A DNA stretch of 64,000 bases from Acidocella sp. (GTDB taxonomy: Bacteria > Pseudomonadota > Alphaproteobacteria > Acetobacterales > Acetobacteraceae), in the NCBI GenBank assembly GCA_965199045.1, contig CBDAQL010000004.1, positions 627-64,626 on the forward strand. The letters run 5' to 3'. Positions 27,159-36,838 of this stretch are shown piece after piece (the stretch's first letter is position 1; every line of letters starts with the position of its first letter). Made by a program: the position numbers and the translations under genes. Under the pieces are notes generated by a model, which had not been told where the DNA came from, searched no databases, and was given only the letters and a program-made list of their open reading frames with translations.

Positions 27159-29173
27159 GCGCGAACCAAAGCTTCGATTTTCCGGCTGCAAGCAACCTGC
27201 CGCCGGCAGAAGATCCCGGCCCGTTCCATGAGATTGCGCTGCGCGACCTGAGCGACGCGCAATTTCGCGCCCGTTACAATTCCGACCGGTTTACGGCGGC
27301 GATGCTGGCCAGCCGGATGCGGTATGTCGTGAAGCACATGAACACCATCATGCTGACCACGGCGTTTTCGATGATCCTGCGCGACTGGTACGATTTCGCG
27401 GCCACGATCTCCGGACCGCGCGAGATGAATTACGCCATGAGCACGGGATCGGACAGCCTGACGATTTTCATGTTCACCATGCCGGAGGGCGTGCGCAACG
27501 CGGTGGAAGAATTCGGCCTGGAGAACTTGCGGCCGGGCGATGTGCTTATTACCAACGATCCTTATCGTGTCGGGCTGCATGTCAATGATGTCAGTTTCAT
27601 CCGGCCGGTTTTCCACGATAATAAAATCGTCTCGTTCGTTGCGGTGCGCGCGCATCAACTGGATATCGGCGGCACCGTTCCGGGCGGCTTTAGCGCCACC
27701 AAACGCAATGTCTACGAAACCGGCCTGGTGATCGCGCCGACATTGCTGTATCGCAATGATAAGCCGGTGCGGACCACCTTCAACCTGATCTTCGACAACA
27801 CGCGCTATGGGGCGTTGCTGCTGCCCGACATCAAGTCGCTCTATCAAAGCCTGTTGCTGGGCGAGCGCTTGCTTCTGGAAAGTCTTGAGCGCTACGGGCT
27901 CGATGCCTATCTGGGCGCGATCCGCTATAGCTGCGATGTTTCGGCCGATGCGATGCGCGCAGCATTGCGCGCCAAAATCCCCGACGGGGTTTACGAGGCC
28001 GAGGATGGCATCGATGCGGATGGCGTCGATGAGAGCCTGGAATACCGGGTGAAGGTCAAGCTGGTCAAAGCCGGAGACAAAGTGGAGGTCGATTTCAGCG
28101 GCACCTCGGCGCAGGCGCGCACCAGCATCAACTGCGGACCGCTGGACGTGAAGGCCGCGGTCGGGGTGGCGTTCAAGATGCTGATCGAGAACAAGACGCC
28201 AATATCATCGGGCTGTTTCCGCGACATCGACATCGTGATCCCGCCTGGCACGTTTTGCAGCGCGACGCCGCCGGACGGCCCGATCTTCATGTATTGGGAA
28301 TCCTCGCTGACCTTGTTGCTGGCGATTTACCGGGCATTGAGCAAGGTGCTGGGGGAGGATGCGATTGGCGGCGACTACGGATCGCTGATGCTGCATAACG
28401 GCAACGGCATGGGCAAGGATGGCCGGCCCTGGCTGACTGTGGGTAATTGCGGCGGTGAACACGGTCCCTGGGGCGGCACCAAGGTTGGTGACGGTGACAG
28501 CTATACGGTCTTTCACGCCAGCAACAATCTGGACCCGGCGACCGAGGCGGTCGAATCCGACATCCCCGTCGTCGTGATGCGCAAGGAATACATCGCCGAT
28601 ACTGCCGGGCCCGGCGCCAATCGCGGCGGTGCCGCGGTGCGCCGCGACACGCTCTGGCTTACCGATGGCGACCATCTATCGGTGGCGCTGCATGCGAAAT
28701 TGCCGAGCGGGATTGGCGCGAATGGCGGCCTTGCCGGCACGACGCAGGCCGGTTGGATGTTTCCGCCCGAGCTGTTCGACGTTGCAGGCGAAGGCCGCGC
28801 CTTGCCGGTGGACGCTGCGATCTATCGCAACGCCACCCCGGTGGTTGGAATGCTCGATCCCGAGACCAAGTGCCTGGATCCGAACGGCGCGTATTTCTAT
28901 TACGCGGCGCAATCGGTCTGGCGCGCCAAAGCGGGCACGTCATTCCGGTTCCAGACCGGCGGCGGCGGCGGCTGGGGCAACCCGTTCGACCGCGATCCGG
29001 AACGCGTGCTGCGGGACGTCCGCGACGAATATGTCAGCATCGAGGGCGCGCTGCGCGATTATGGCGTGGTGGTGATGGGCGACCCCATTAACGACCCTGA
29101 GAATCTCAGTCTCGATATTGCGGCAACGGCGATGCATCGAAACAAGCGAGGCAAGCCGGAAGATATTTGTTAA
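27155..29173 (+). CDS. Hydantoinase/oxoprolinase subunit B
   Basis: NDPYRVGLHVND, AHQLDIGG, GPGANRGG and TGGGGGWGNP..RDPERV..DV; ATGA overlap with subunit A. Confidence 0.92.
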   Translation: MSANQSFDFPAASNLPPAEDPGPFHEIALRDLSDAQFRARYNSDRFTAAMLASRMRYVVKHMNTIMLTTAFSMILRDWYDFAATISGPREMNYAMSTGSDSLTIFMFTMPEGVRNAVEEFGLENLRPGDVLITNDPYRVGLHVNDVSFIRPVFHDNKIVSFVAVRAHQLDIGGTVPGGFSATKRNVYETGLVIAPTLLYRNDKPVRTTFNLIFDNTRYGALLLPDIKSLYQSLLLGERLLLESLERYGLDAYLGAIRYSCDVSADAMRAALRAKIPDGVYEAEDGIDADGVDESLEYRVKVKLVKAGDKVEVDFSGTSAQARTSINCGPLDVKAAVGVAFKMLIENKTPISSGCFRDIDIVIPPGTFCSATPPDGPIFMYWESSLTLLLAIYRALSKVLGEDAIGGDYGSLMLHNGNGMGKDGRPWLTVGNCGGEHGPWGGTKVGDGDSYTVFHASNNLDPATEAVESDIPVVVMRKEYIADTAGPGANRGGAAVRRDTLWLTDGDHLSVALHAKLPSGIGANGGLAGTTQAGWMFPPELFDVAGEGRALPVDAAIYRNATPVVGMLDPETKCLDPNGAYFYYAAQSVWRAKAGTSFRFQTGGGGGWGNPFDRDPERVLRDVRDEYVSIEGALRDYGVVVMGDPINDPENLSLDIAATAMHRNKRGKPEDIC

Positions 29174-29218
29174 AAGCGAGCGGCTTGTCGTCGCGCCGCT
29201 TTGCTGCCGAAAGAGTGC

Positions 29219-29240
29219 GGCGTTGAAGATCGCCTTTTTT
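29219..29240 (+). terminator. Possible weak intrinsic terminator after hydantoinase B
   Basis: GGCG-N8-CGCC followed by T6; a second hairpin AGCGGC..GCCGCT lies at 29179-29200. Confidence 0.35.
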
Positions 29241-29451
29241 CGGGCAACCCGGCCGCCCTAATTGTATCGCCCTGATTGTATCCGAGACCCAGCGAGGCGC
29301 CTGGCGATCCGGTTCGCCTTGCTGGATTTATCGTTGATCGCAGCGTTGCTTATACTGCGATGAGAAAGGTCCGGCTTCGCTGGCGCAAATATTACTTATG
29401 ATGCCCGCATAGGTGGATGCGGTTATCGATACATAACAGCGGCACCGAGGA

Positions 29452-30243
29452 CTATATTGTTGCGGTTTCCGTGCGAGCAGCCGCCATCTCATAGGTCGGC
29501 GCCGTATTCCGGTCGCTGCCGCGCGCCGCAATCGCTGGGTTCTCGCCAAGCTTTCGAGCGTTGTATACGGCTTGCGTACGGTTTGTCGCGCCCATCTTTC
29601 GCATAATGTTGCGAACATGTACCTTTACAGTACTCTCGCTCATTTGCAGCTCATGGGCGATGATCTTATTCGCTTTGCCCTGGCGTAAACAGGCAAACAC
29701 GTTGAGTTGTCGCGACGTTAGATCCATGCCCTGCGGCAATCGCACAGCGCTCTCCGTCGGCATGAATGTATCGGTGAGAATAACGTCCACGGGCACGACA
29801 ATGCCACCTGCGGCCACGTATCTCACGGCGGCGGGAACAGTCGACATGTCGATGGTTCGGGCTAATATCAGGCCACGCGCGCCGGCACGTAGCACATCTC
29901 TAACGAGTGCGGAATGCGGCGTCGGCGTATCCAGCAGAACGATGACGGGATGATCGATATAAGCCTGTCTAAGCGCGGTAACTTCTTGATTGATTAGACG
30001 TTCGATCAACGCCTTTTCATGTGCGTAATATATAATTACGTCCCAATCGCTTTCTGTTGCGGTAATGCAATCCCGGATCGAGTTGAAAGATGTGAAGGTA
30101 ATATCTTCATCGATCGTGCTGGTCGCAACGATCAAGCAATGACGTGTTAAGGCGAAACTATCAATGAGTGCAACGTGAAGATGCCGATTTACGTGCAATC
30201 TATTACCGTTCTGTATGTTGTTGTTGTGTAATGATTTTGACAC
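29452..30243 (-). CDS. LuxR/NarL-family regulator with atypical receiver domain
   Basis: C-terminal LTSRQLNVFACLRQGKANKIIAHELQMSESTVKVHVRNIMRKM; receiver-like N-terminus lacking the canonical Asp. Confidence 0.88.
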   Translation of the reverse strand: MSKSLHNNNIQNGNRLHVNRHLHVALIDSFALTRHCLIVATSTIDEDITFTSFNSIRDCITATESDWDVIIYYAHEKALIERLINQEVTALRQAYIDHPVIVLLDTPTPHSALVRDVLRAGARGLILARTIDMSTVPAAVRYVAAGGIVVPVDVILTDTFMPTESAVRLPQGMDLTSRQLNVFACLRQGKANKIIAHELQMSESTVKVHVRNIMRKMGATNRTQAVYNARKLGENPAIAARGSDRNTAPTYEMAAARTETATI

Positions 30244-30407
30244 GATATTCCCCGCTTCTTAAGGTATGTCAATCTATTTGGATGGTCCCCAGGCTAGCCA
30301 TTTATTGCCGCAGGCGAATGGATATTCGTTAAGCGTGACATGCGATAACGCATCAGCATGCCTCATGTCTATAAAATTATACCTATTTTAACAATTTTTT
30401 TGACGCA

Positions 30408-31850
30408 TTAATAAAACACTTCAAGGGATTTGCGACGTTTACCACTTTGGCGCGAAGTTTTTAACGTTTCGATTGAAAAAGACGGTGAGAATTCCGTACG
30501 CGAAATAATCGAAGATACAAGTAATGACAATAGCAGGTAGAAATCAGGAGAAGTTATAACCGGCTCAGAGATAAGCCCGGCCACAATGGTTGTGATAATG
30601 GCAGCAGATATTCCACTTATGGTACGTCTTGACCCTATCTCGACGTTTAGTTTTGAAATTTTCTTCAACTCTAGGTATATCAGGGTGCCGAACCATAGAA
30701 ATCCGCAAATTCCCCACACGCCGATAGAAGCGCAAAGTCCCGGCAACAGGCTGGATGACCGGTTGCTGCCCCAACCCACTCCTAAACCGGAAGTTTCAAG
30801 CATTTCGTGAATGCTGTCAGAATCCGCAGCGGAACGATCACGGTAGGATGATGACTGCGATTTGCCCAAGGTTGAGTTGATGATGGTCGAAGCCTCGGTT
30901 GCTACACCGGGGGCGACCGCTGGTCCGATTAAGCAGGTGCCGCCCACTAATGTTGATATGATGATTGTTGCGACTACGACGCGCTGCCGAAATTTTGCTG
31001 AGGCGGAAACGATCGAACGTAGAATAAGTAAGCCGGCCATGACCCCCAAAGTTGCATAACCCGTGGTGGACGTGCTGAGGAGAGTGACAGATAAGCCGAG
31101 CCAGAATACCACCTGCAGGAAACGCCGCTTGTCGCCATTCAAAATCATCGAGGCGGAGGCTGCTACAGGCGCACATAGATAAGCGGCGAGCGATGAGGGT
31201 TCGCTGAAAGATCCGTTCAGGCGGATAAGCGAGCCAACCGTTTCCTCCGATAGTTGCGCCCATCCTGGGTTGCTTAGAAAGAAAGTGCTAGGATACCAGA
31301 GGTGGAAGGTATTTCCGGCAAATTGCCAAATCGCCACAAAATCGGCGATGAGACTCGCGGATAAGTAGCAGTCAAACAGTTTGTTGATTTGCACGCCTGG
31401 TCGCGCCAGATAAATCGCCGCAGCCACCGTCAGCATTGCGTCTGATAACAAATACATATCTTGAGTATAATTTCCAGCGTTGGGCGCCAACGGCAGTCGA
31501 ACCAGGAACAGAGCGGTTTTTTGCGGCCAGACCAGGACTTCTCCTTCAAATAGCCGGGGCATTACGAATGAACTTATCAAAGCGCCGGAAATTACCAATA
31601 TGAAGGGCGTCAGAAGTGTTAGCGCCGGACGCGCGGCAGGATAGCGAGCGCCGCAAAAAATACTGACCAGGAAGCACATGACGAACAAAGAGCAAGGCAA
31701 CAACGCAGGTGTAATGCCGGCCCCGCCAAAGACCGCGATCGCGGCGGCGGAAAAGACCGAGTAGTAAAAAACCAGAGCCAACAGCGTCCCTGGACGGTTG
31801 GCAACGAACATGCAAATTGGGATCAGAACTGTGCCGATTAACGGGATCAT
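30408..31850 (-). CDS. wzy: Wzy-like polymerase / O-antigen ligase-family membrane protein
   Basis: About 12 TM segments; RLNGSFSEPS and STSTTGY motifs, a periplasmic loop with DR, GLGVGWG; located in a polysaccharide locus. Confidence 0.65.
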   Translation of the reverse strand: MIPLIGTVLIPICMFVANRPGTLLALVFYYSVFSAAAIAVFGGAGITPALLPCSLFVMCFLVSIFCGARYPAARPALTLLTPFILVISGALISSFVMPRLFEGEVLVWPQKTALFLVRLPLAPNAGNYTQDMYLLSDAMLTVAAAIYLARPGVQINKLFDCYLSASLIADFVAIWQFAGNTFHLWYPSTFFLSNPGWAQLSEETVGSLIRLNGSFSEPSSLAAYLCAPVAASASMILNGDKRRFLQVVFWLGLSVTLLSTSTTGYATLGVMAGLLILRSIVSASAKFRQRVVVATIIISTLVGGTCLIGPAVAPGVATEASTIINSTLGKSQSSSYRDRSAADSDSIHEMLETSGLGVGWGSNRSSSLLPGLCASIGVWGICGFLWFGTLIYLELKKISKLNVEIGSRRTISGISAAIITTIVAGLISEPVITSPDFYLLLSLLVSSIISRTEFSPSFSIETLKTSRQSGKRRKSLEVFY

Positions 31851-32130
31851 TTCGCTCTACCAATGCGTTTGTAAAACTGGATCTGGGATAAAAATGATTA
31901 TCCAGAGTCTCCCGCAAAGGTAAGGCATAGCGCCATAGCTAATTCGGCTAAGCGGACCTGCCGAAAGGGTCGCTTCGTACCTAAGGACGATATCGCCCAT
32001 CCAAAACTAAGCCGGACGGCTAGTTGAGGTTGATGTCACCGATAACGTAGACTGAACAATCGACAATTTTGCGAAACGATTTGTGAAGCAACTTTGTGCA
32101 GCGGTCGCGTGACATAGCGGGGATCTTATC

Positions 32131-33240
32131 ATGGAGCGAACAGCTCAGCCTAGGCGGAACAATCCAGGCCTAACACCAATATCGTGGCATGTCATAAGTT
32201 TCGTCGCGGCGGTAACGCTAAGCGCCTGTTCCGGGCAGCCCTTGACGTCTCACGCCGTGCCGTCGTCGGCAACCGCTGCCACCGGCATAGCATCTCCCGT
32301 GGTTTCGTCTGAGAGTGAGACATTGCCTTCCGACACTCAGGCCGGGCTAACGCCATATCGTCTTGGGCCGAGCGATGTTATCGCGATTACAATTTACCGG
32401 CATCCGGAGCTTTCGGTCCCGCAGAACAGCGGAGGCGCTGCCAATGGCGGTGTCAGCATCAACAATGACGGCACGGTTGATCTGTCGCTTGTCGGCAACG
32501 TCGATCTCGGCGGCCTGACGGTAGCCGAAGCGCAACAGGCTCTGCAGCGCGATTACTCCAAATACATTCAGCAGGCGGATGTCGCCGTTCAACTCGTCTC
32601 ACCAAAAAGCATGCGCTATTATTTGTTGGGCGACTTTTCTCAACCGGGCGTCAAAATGTCCGACCGGCAGCTGAGCCTGTTGGATGCCTTATCCCTCGGC
32701 GGCAGTCTCGATATCACCAATGCGGATTTGTTTCAGGCCTATGTCGCCATGGGCGCCCAGAAGCTGCCGTTGGATATCCGGGCGCTGCTCGTCGACGGTG
32801 ATATGAGTCAAAATATCATGCTGGCGCCAGGTGCCACGATCGTGATCCCGCCGGCCTCCGATGAGAAGGCGTTTGTGTTTGGTTCGGTAAGCAAGCCAGG
32901 CGCGATCGACTTTGAGGGAGGTGGCTTGTCCGTATTACAGGCGCTCAGCGAGGCCGGGATGGATCTCAACAGTTATAGCGCTTCTAAGCTCTCGCAGGTG
33001 CGTATTATTCGGTCGCACGGCGCCGGCGCGGACTTCATTGTTGTGGACGCGGAGAAAATTCTGGATGGGCAAGCGGCTCCGTTTGCACTGGAGCCCGGCG
33101 ATGTCGTTTTTGTTGCACCGACCACAGTCGCCAATTGGAACCAGGCACTGAACATGTTGCTGCCAACGCTGTCGACGATATCCGGGCTGCTCAACCCGTT
33201 CGTATCCATCAAATACCTGTCCCAGTCGCAACGGAATTAG
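32131..33240 (+). CDS. wza: Polysaccharide export lipoprotein Wza
   Basis: Lipobox LSAC, YRLGPSDVIAITIY, SLBB repeats and C-terminal WNQALNMLLPT. Confidence 0.9.
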   Translation: MERTAQPRRNNPGLTPISWHVISFVAAVTLSACSGQPLTSHAVPSSATAATGIASPVVSSESETLPSDTQAGLTPYRLGPSDVIAITIYRHPELSVPQNSGGAANGGVSINNDGTVDLSLVGNVDLGGLTVAEAQQALQRDYSKYIQQADVAVQLVSPKSMRYYLLGDFSQPGVKMSDRQLSLLDALSLGGSLDITNADLFQAYVAMGAQKLPLDIRALLVDGDMSQNIMLAPGATIVIPPASDEKAFVFGSVSKPGAIDFEGGGLSVLQALSEAGMDLNSYSASKLSQVRIIRSHGAGADFIVVDAEKILDGQAAPFALEPGDVVFVAPTTVANWNQALNMLLPTLSTISGLLNPFVSIKYLSQSQRN

Positions 33241-33245
33241 ATATT

Positions 33246-35732
33246 ATGACAACGCAGTTGCCGGATCTCAAACTAAACGACCATTACGAGACAGTCGATT
33301 TTGGACAGTTTCTCGGGGCCATGCGGCAGCGCTTGGCGACCATCGCCATCTTCATCGGGATCGCCGCTTTCATGGCCTTGGCGCACGTGCTTTTTGCAAC
33401 GCCGCAATTTACCGCCCAGGGCGTATTGTATCTTGGTGAGACCCAGAACACCAGCGACAGCAGCGACTTGTCAGGTGCGGTCAATCTCTCCGCCTATGCG
33501 ACGCAAAGCGACGTCGAGACCCAGATCGGCTTGCTGACGACAGGCACGCTGATCCAGCGTGCGGTGTTGGAGACCGGCTTGAATACCACCTTGCGCAGCA
33601 CCGGAGCGCCACCCCTGACCTACTGGCGGTGGCGCCTGTTCTGGCATGCGAGCACCGATGTGTTCACGCCTGGGCCGCAAGACCTGGAGGTTGTCAATGC
33701 TACCTTGGCCGGACGTTTTCGCATCGTCACCGGCCCCGACAACACCTACAAGCTATACGGCAAGGGCAAGCTTTTTGGCGACGGCAAGCCGCTGTTAATT
33801 GGCGTGATTGGCCTGCCGGAAGCTGTTGGCGGTTCCTCCATTACGGTAATGCGCGGAGCGGCCGGATCAGCCGTGTCGGATAGCCCAACCGCGAGCACGC
33901 CGGCGGATGTTCCTGACATCAAACCTGGCGTCAGCTACGATCTGGACGTGATCCCGCCCGACGTAATGGCGGACAATGTTCTGACAAGGCTGAGCGTGAC
34001 CGCCGGCGGTTCCCCGGACCAGCCGACACAGCTCGCGACCCTGCAATTGCGCTGGCAAGACCCGTATCAGGCGAAGCAATTCATCAACGCGCTGATGTAC
34101 GATTATATCGCGACCCAGTTGCAATGGAAAACGGAGGCGGCGTCAGTGACAGAGAATTTTGTCACCGGACAGATTGCGGCGGTGGCCCGGCGGCTGGCTC
34201 AGGCCGATGCGCAATTGGCAGTCTTTCAGTCGCAAACCGGCATTCTGGACCCGCAACAAAGTGCCATGCAGGCGGCGCAGATGACATCGCAACTCGACAG
34301 CCAACGGACCGCGGTGCTGCTGCAGCAGCGCTCGTTTCAGCAGCTGCACGATGCCATTCACGCCACCCGGCCGCAAGGCGATCCCTATCTGATCAGTGCC
34401 AATAACGACCCCGTCCTCTCCGGCCTTTCATCGTCGTTAGCGAACGCGCAGTTACAGCTCCGGCAACTCAGCTCGGAATATACTTCGTATTCGCAGGACC
34501 TTTCGGTGCAGCAATCTCAAGTTGGCGAAATCCGTCGTTCGATCGCAAACCTGATCGAGAATGACCTGGCGCAGACGACCCAGAACCTGGCCGATATCGA
34601 TACGGTGATCGCTTCCTACAACAAACGACACAAGGAACAGCCGGCGGATGCATTGGAGGTGGCGGCGCTCACACGGACTTCGAATCAGCTTGGGCAGTTT
34701 TATTCGCTGCTGACTGAAAAGGCGGAACAGGCTCAGATTTCCAAGGCGGCAACGATCATTGCGACGCGAATTGTAACCCCCGCGCACCTGCCGCACGCAT
34801 CGACATCGCCAAAGGCGGGCATCACAGTGGTTGCGGGCGCCGTTGCGGGAATGTTTCTGGGGATAATTTTCATATTCCTGCGGCAGACACTCTCAGGCCG
34901 CTATGAGACCGAGGAACAGATCCGGCATATGATCAAGCTACCGGTTTATGGCAAGGTGCCGGTGCAGAAATTGCTGGGCGGCAGCGCGTTCTTCGGTCCG
35001 GATACACCGAACGCCTTTTCCGAATCCTTCCGCCTGATCAACCGCAATGTCAGCCGGATCTCGAACGGAAAAAACGCGGTTGCAACAGTAATCCTGATTA
35101 TCTCCGCGAATAAGCGCGACGGCAAGACGACGGTGGCCGCTAATCTGGCCAAGACTTTTGCCGATGACGGCAAGCGGGTGGTAATGCTGGATTGCGACTT
35201 CTACCTCAGCCGCCTGCAGAAACTTAACGAAATCGCCCAGGCGCCGGAGTCGGGCGGCGTGCCGGTCGCTGGTGGCCGGCCCGAACTGCGGCAATGGCCG
35301 AATGAGAACTTCTCGATTTATAATGCCAGCGCATTGCCAAAACGTGGCCGCAGGCTGGACGAAGCCGCCATTGCGAAAGTGATCGGCCAATTGAAACAGG
35401 AGTTTGACTACGTAATTCTGGATAGCCCGCCGCTACCGATCATATCCGATGGGTTGGCGCTTGCGGGACTATCCGATATGATTTTATCGGTGGTGAGCGT
35501 TAAGAATACCGAACGCCGCACCTTTGAGTATCATACCGAGTTGCTGGCGGGCGTTGATTGCCCGCACGGGGTCATCATCAACGGTGCCCAAGGTGCCAAT
35601 TATGCAGAAACAGACGCTTATTTCATGGGCGTAAATCTGGAAAGAAAACAGTTACGAGGATGGATAAGCGCCGTCAGCGAATGGATAAAAGCGGCCGGCT
35701 CCGCGCATACGACCCGTTCGCCGGCCGAATAG
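33246..35732 (+). CDS. wzc: Polysaccharide co-polymerase / BY-kinase Wzc
   Basis: Two TM segments around a coiled-coil periplasmic region; ESFR, Walker A ANKRDGKT, LDCD and ILDSPP. Start refined to ATG 33246. Confidence 0.9.
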   Translation: MTTQLPDLKLNDHYETVDFGQFLGAMRQRLATIAIFIGIAAFMALAHVLFATPQFTAQGVLYLGETQNTSDSSDLSGAVNLSAYATQSDVETQIGLLTTGTLIQRAVLETGLNTTLRSTGAPPLTYWRWRLFWHASTDVFTPGPQDLEVVNATLAGRFRIVTGPDNTYKLYGKGKLFGDGKPLLIGVIGLPEAVGGSSITVMRGAAGSAVSDSPTASTPADVPDIKPGVSYDLDVIPPDVMADNVLTRLSVTAGGSPDQPTQLATLQLRWQDPYQAKQFINALMYDYIATQLQWKTEAASVTENFVTGQIAAVARRLAQADAQLAVFQSQTGILDPQQSAMQAAQMTSQLDSQRTAVLLQQRSFQQLHDAIHATRPQGDPYLISANNDPVLSGLSSSLANAQLQLRQLSSEYTSYSQDLSVQQSQVGEIRRSIANLIENDLAQTTQNLADIDTVIASYNKRHKEQPADALEVAALTRTSNQLGQFYSLLTEKAEQAQISKAATIIATRIVTPAHLPHASTSPKAGITVVAGAVAGMFLGIIFIFLRQTLSGRYETEEQIRHMIKLPVYGKVPVQKLLGGSAFFGPDTPNAFSESFRLINRNVSRISNGKNAVATVILIISANKRDGKTTVAANLAKTFADDGKRVVMLDCDFYLSRLQKLNEIAQAPESGGVPVAGGRPELRQWPNENFSIYNASALPKRGRRLDEAAIAKVIGQLKQEFDYVILDSPPLPIISDGLALAGLSDMILSVVSVKNTERRTFEYHTELLAGVDCPHGVIINGAQGANYAETDAYFMGVNLERKQLRGWISAVSEWIKAAGSAHTTRSPAE

Positions 35733-35889
35733 AGGGGGATGGGGCGAGTTCAGACGCGACGCGCGCCCAGGCCCGCTAATTGGAACTCAGCACTGCCCGA
35801 GGGGAATTGTTTCGATCAGCCGCTCACCGTAGCGGGTTGTTATTGATCTCCAGCGATGAGCGCGCGTAAAAATCGCCCGTCCAGATCGT

Positions 35890-36726
35890 CTATGTTTTGC
35901 GGTAGACTTTGATGTATTGAATCTGCATGACCTGCGGATCAGTCAAGCCAACGATCGGCCATCCGCCGCCTAGAGCCAGATCGACGATGACAGCCATGGG
36001 TTGGCGAAATTCCGGCAATGTTGGTGTCGACCAATAGGGAATGCGGTTAAAGTAGTAGGTGGTCCGCTGCGGTTCGATTAGGATTCCGAAATTGTTAAAC
36101 TGGCTCGACAGAATACCCCTGGATACGCTTACCACATGGCTGCGGCTTAAATGATCGACATTGTTTTTCCAAAGATGTTCGGTTGACCGGTAACTGGCTG
36201 GAAAAGCACCATAGAATTCGATGACGTCGAGCTCTGGCGCGGTTCCGGTATCGCCGGCGCTGACTAGCCAGAAGGCCGGCCAGACGCCGTGGCCAGCAGG
36301 CAGTCGCGCCCGCATTTCGAAATAGCCGTATTCCTGGGCGAACCCGCGCGGACCGACACCCTTGGCAGATTTCGAGCATAATAAACCTGAGTGCCATTGT
36401 CCTTTCGAATCTTTGTAGGCGGTAATGTTCAGGCCGTTCGGGCCCCGCGAAAACGCGCTACCGGGGCCTGGATTATCAAAGACGGCGTCACCGAAATCAC
36501 CGTTCCAGGGCGTATGGGCGATCCATCGCGTGGCCGGCCCGGTGGCGGAAATATCAAGGTTGGCAAAGTCTTCGTTGAAGCTGACTGTATAGTCTGAGAG
36601 ATCCAGTGCCGGCTTTTGCGCCCCGGATGCTGACATAGACGCATAACCTACCGCGACCGTGATGGCAGCTGCTATAGAAATTACCGATAAACGCCAGCGA
36701 GAAATCCGAACCTTTGCATGAGACAT
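35890..36726 (-). CDS. Secreted GH16 glycoside hydrolase (ExsH-like glycanase)
   Basis: Signal peptide; YGYFEMRARLP, GVWPAFWL and catalytic ELDVIE (ExDxxE). Confidence 0.88.
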   Translation of the reverse strand: MSHAKVRISRWRLSVISIAAAITVAVGYASMSASGAQKPALDLSDYTVSFNEDFANLDISATGPATRWIAHTPWNGDFGDAVFDNPGPGSAFSRGPNGLNITAYKDSKGQWHSGLLCSKSAKGVGPRGFAQEYGYFEMRARLPAGHGVWPAFWLVSAGDTGTAPELDVIEFYGAFPASYRSTEHLWKNNVDHLSRSHVVSVSRGILSSQFNNFGILIEPQRTTYYFNRIPYWSTPTLPEFRQPMAVIVDLALGGGWPIVGLTDPQVMQIQYIKVYRKT

Positions 36727-36838
36727 CGAAAAATCTCCTCAACACTGCTTTCTCACGCTAACTGCGCGGTGGCGGTGCCGATCGCTTCGCCTGGTATACC
36801 AATAAATTTACCATAATATTTATTGTGTCGCGCGGCGG

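Noticed and set aside
29254-29281. CGCCCT(A/G)ATTGTAT x2 between convergent genes
   Set aside because: Short imperfect duplication in a terminator zone with no promoter context.
31940-32000. c-di-GMP-I riboswitch call upstream of wza
   Set aside because: GAAA and CCTAAG are present, but the GGCAAAC and GACGCAAAG core elements are missing. Kept only as a low-interest structured leader.
35580-35732. Wzc tail with only two tyrosines
   Set aside because: Reduced Tyr clusters are common in alphaproteobacterial co-polymerases and Walker motifs are intact; not distinctive.
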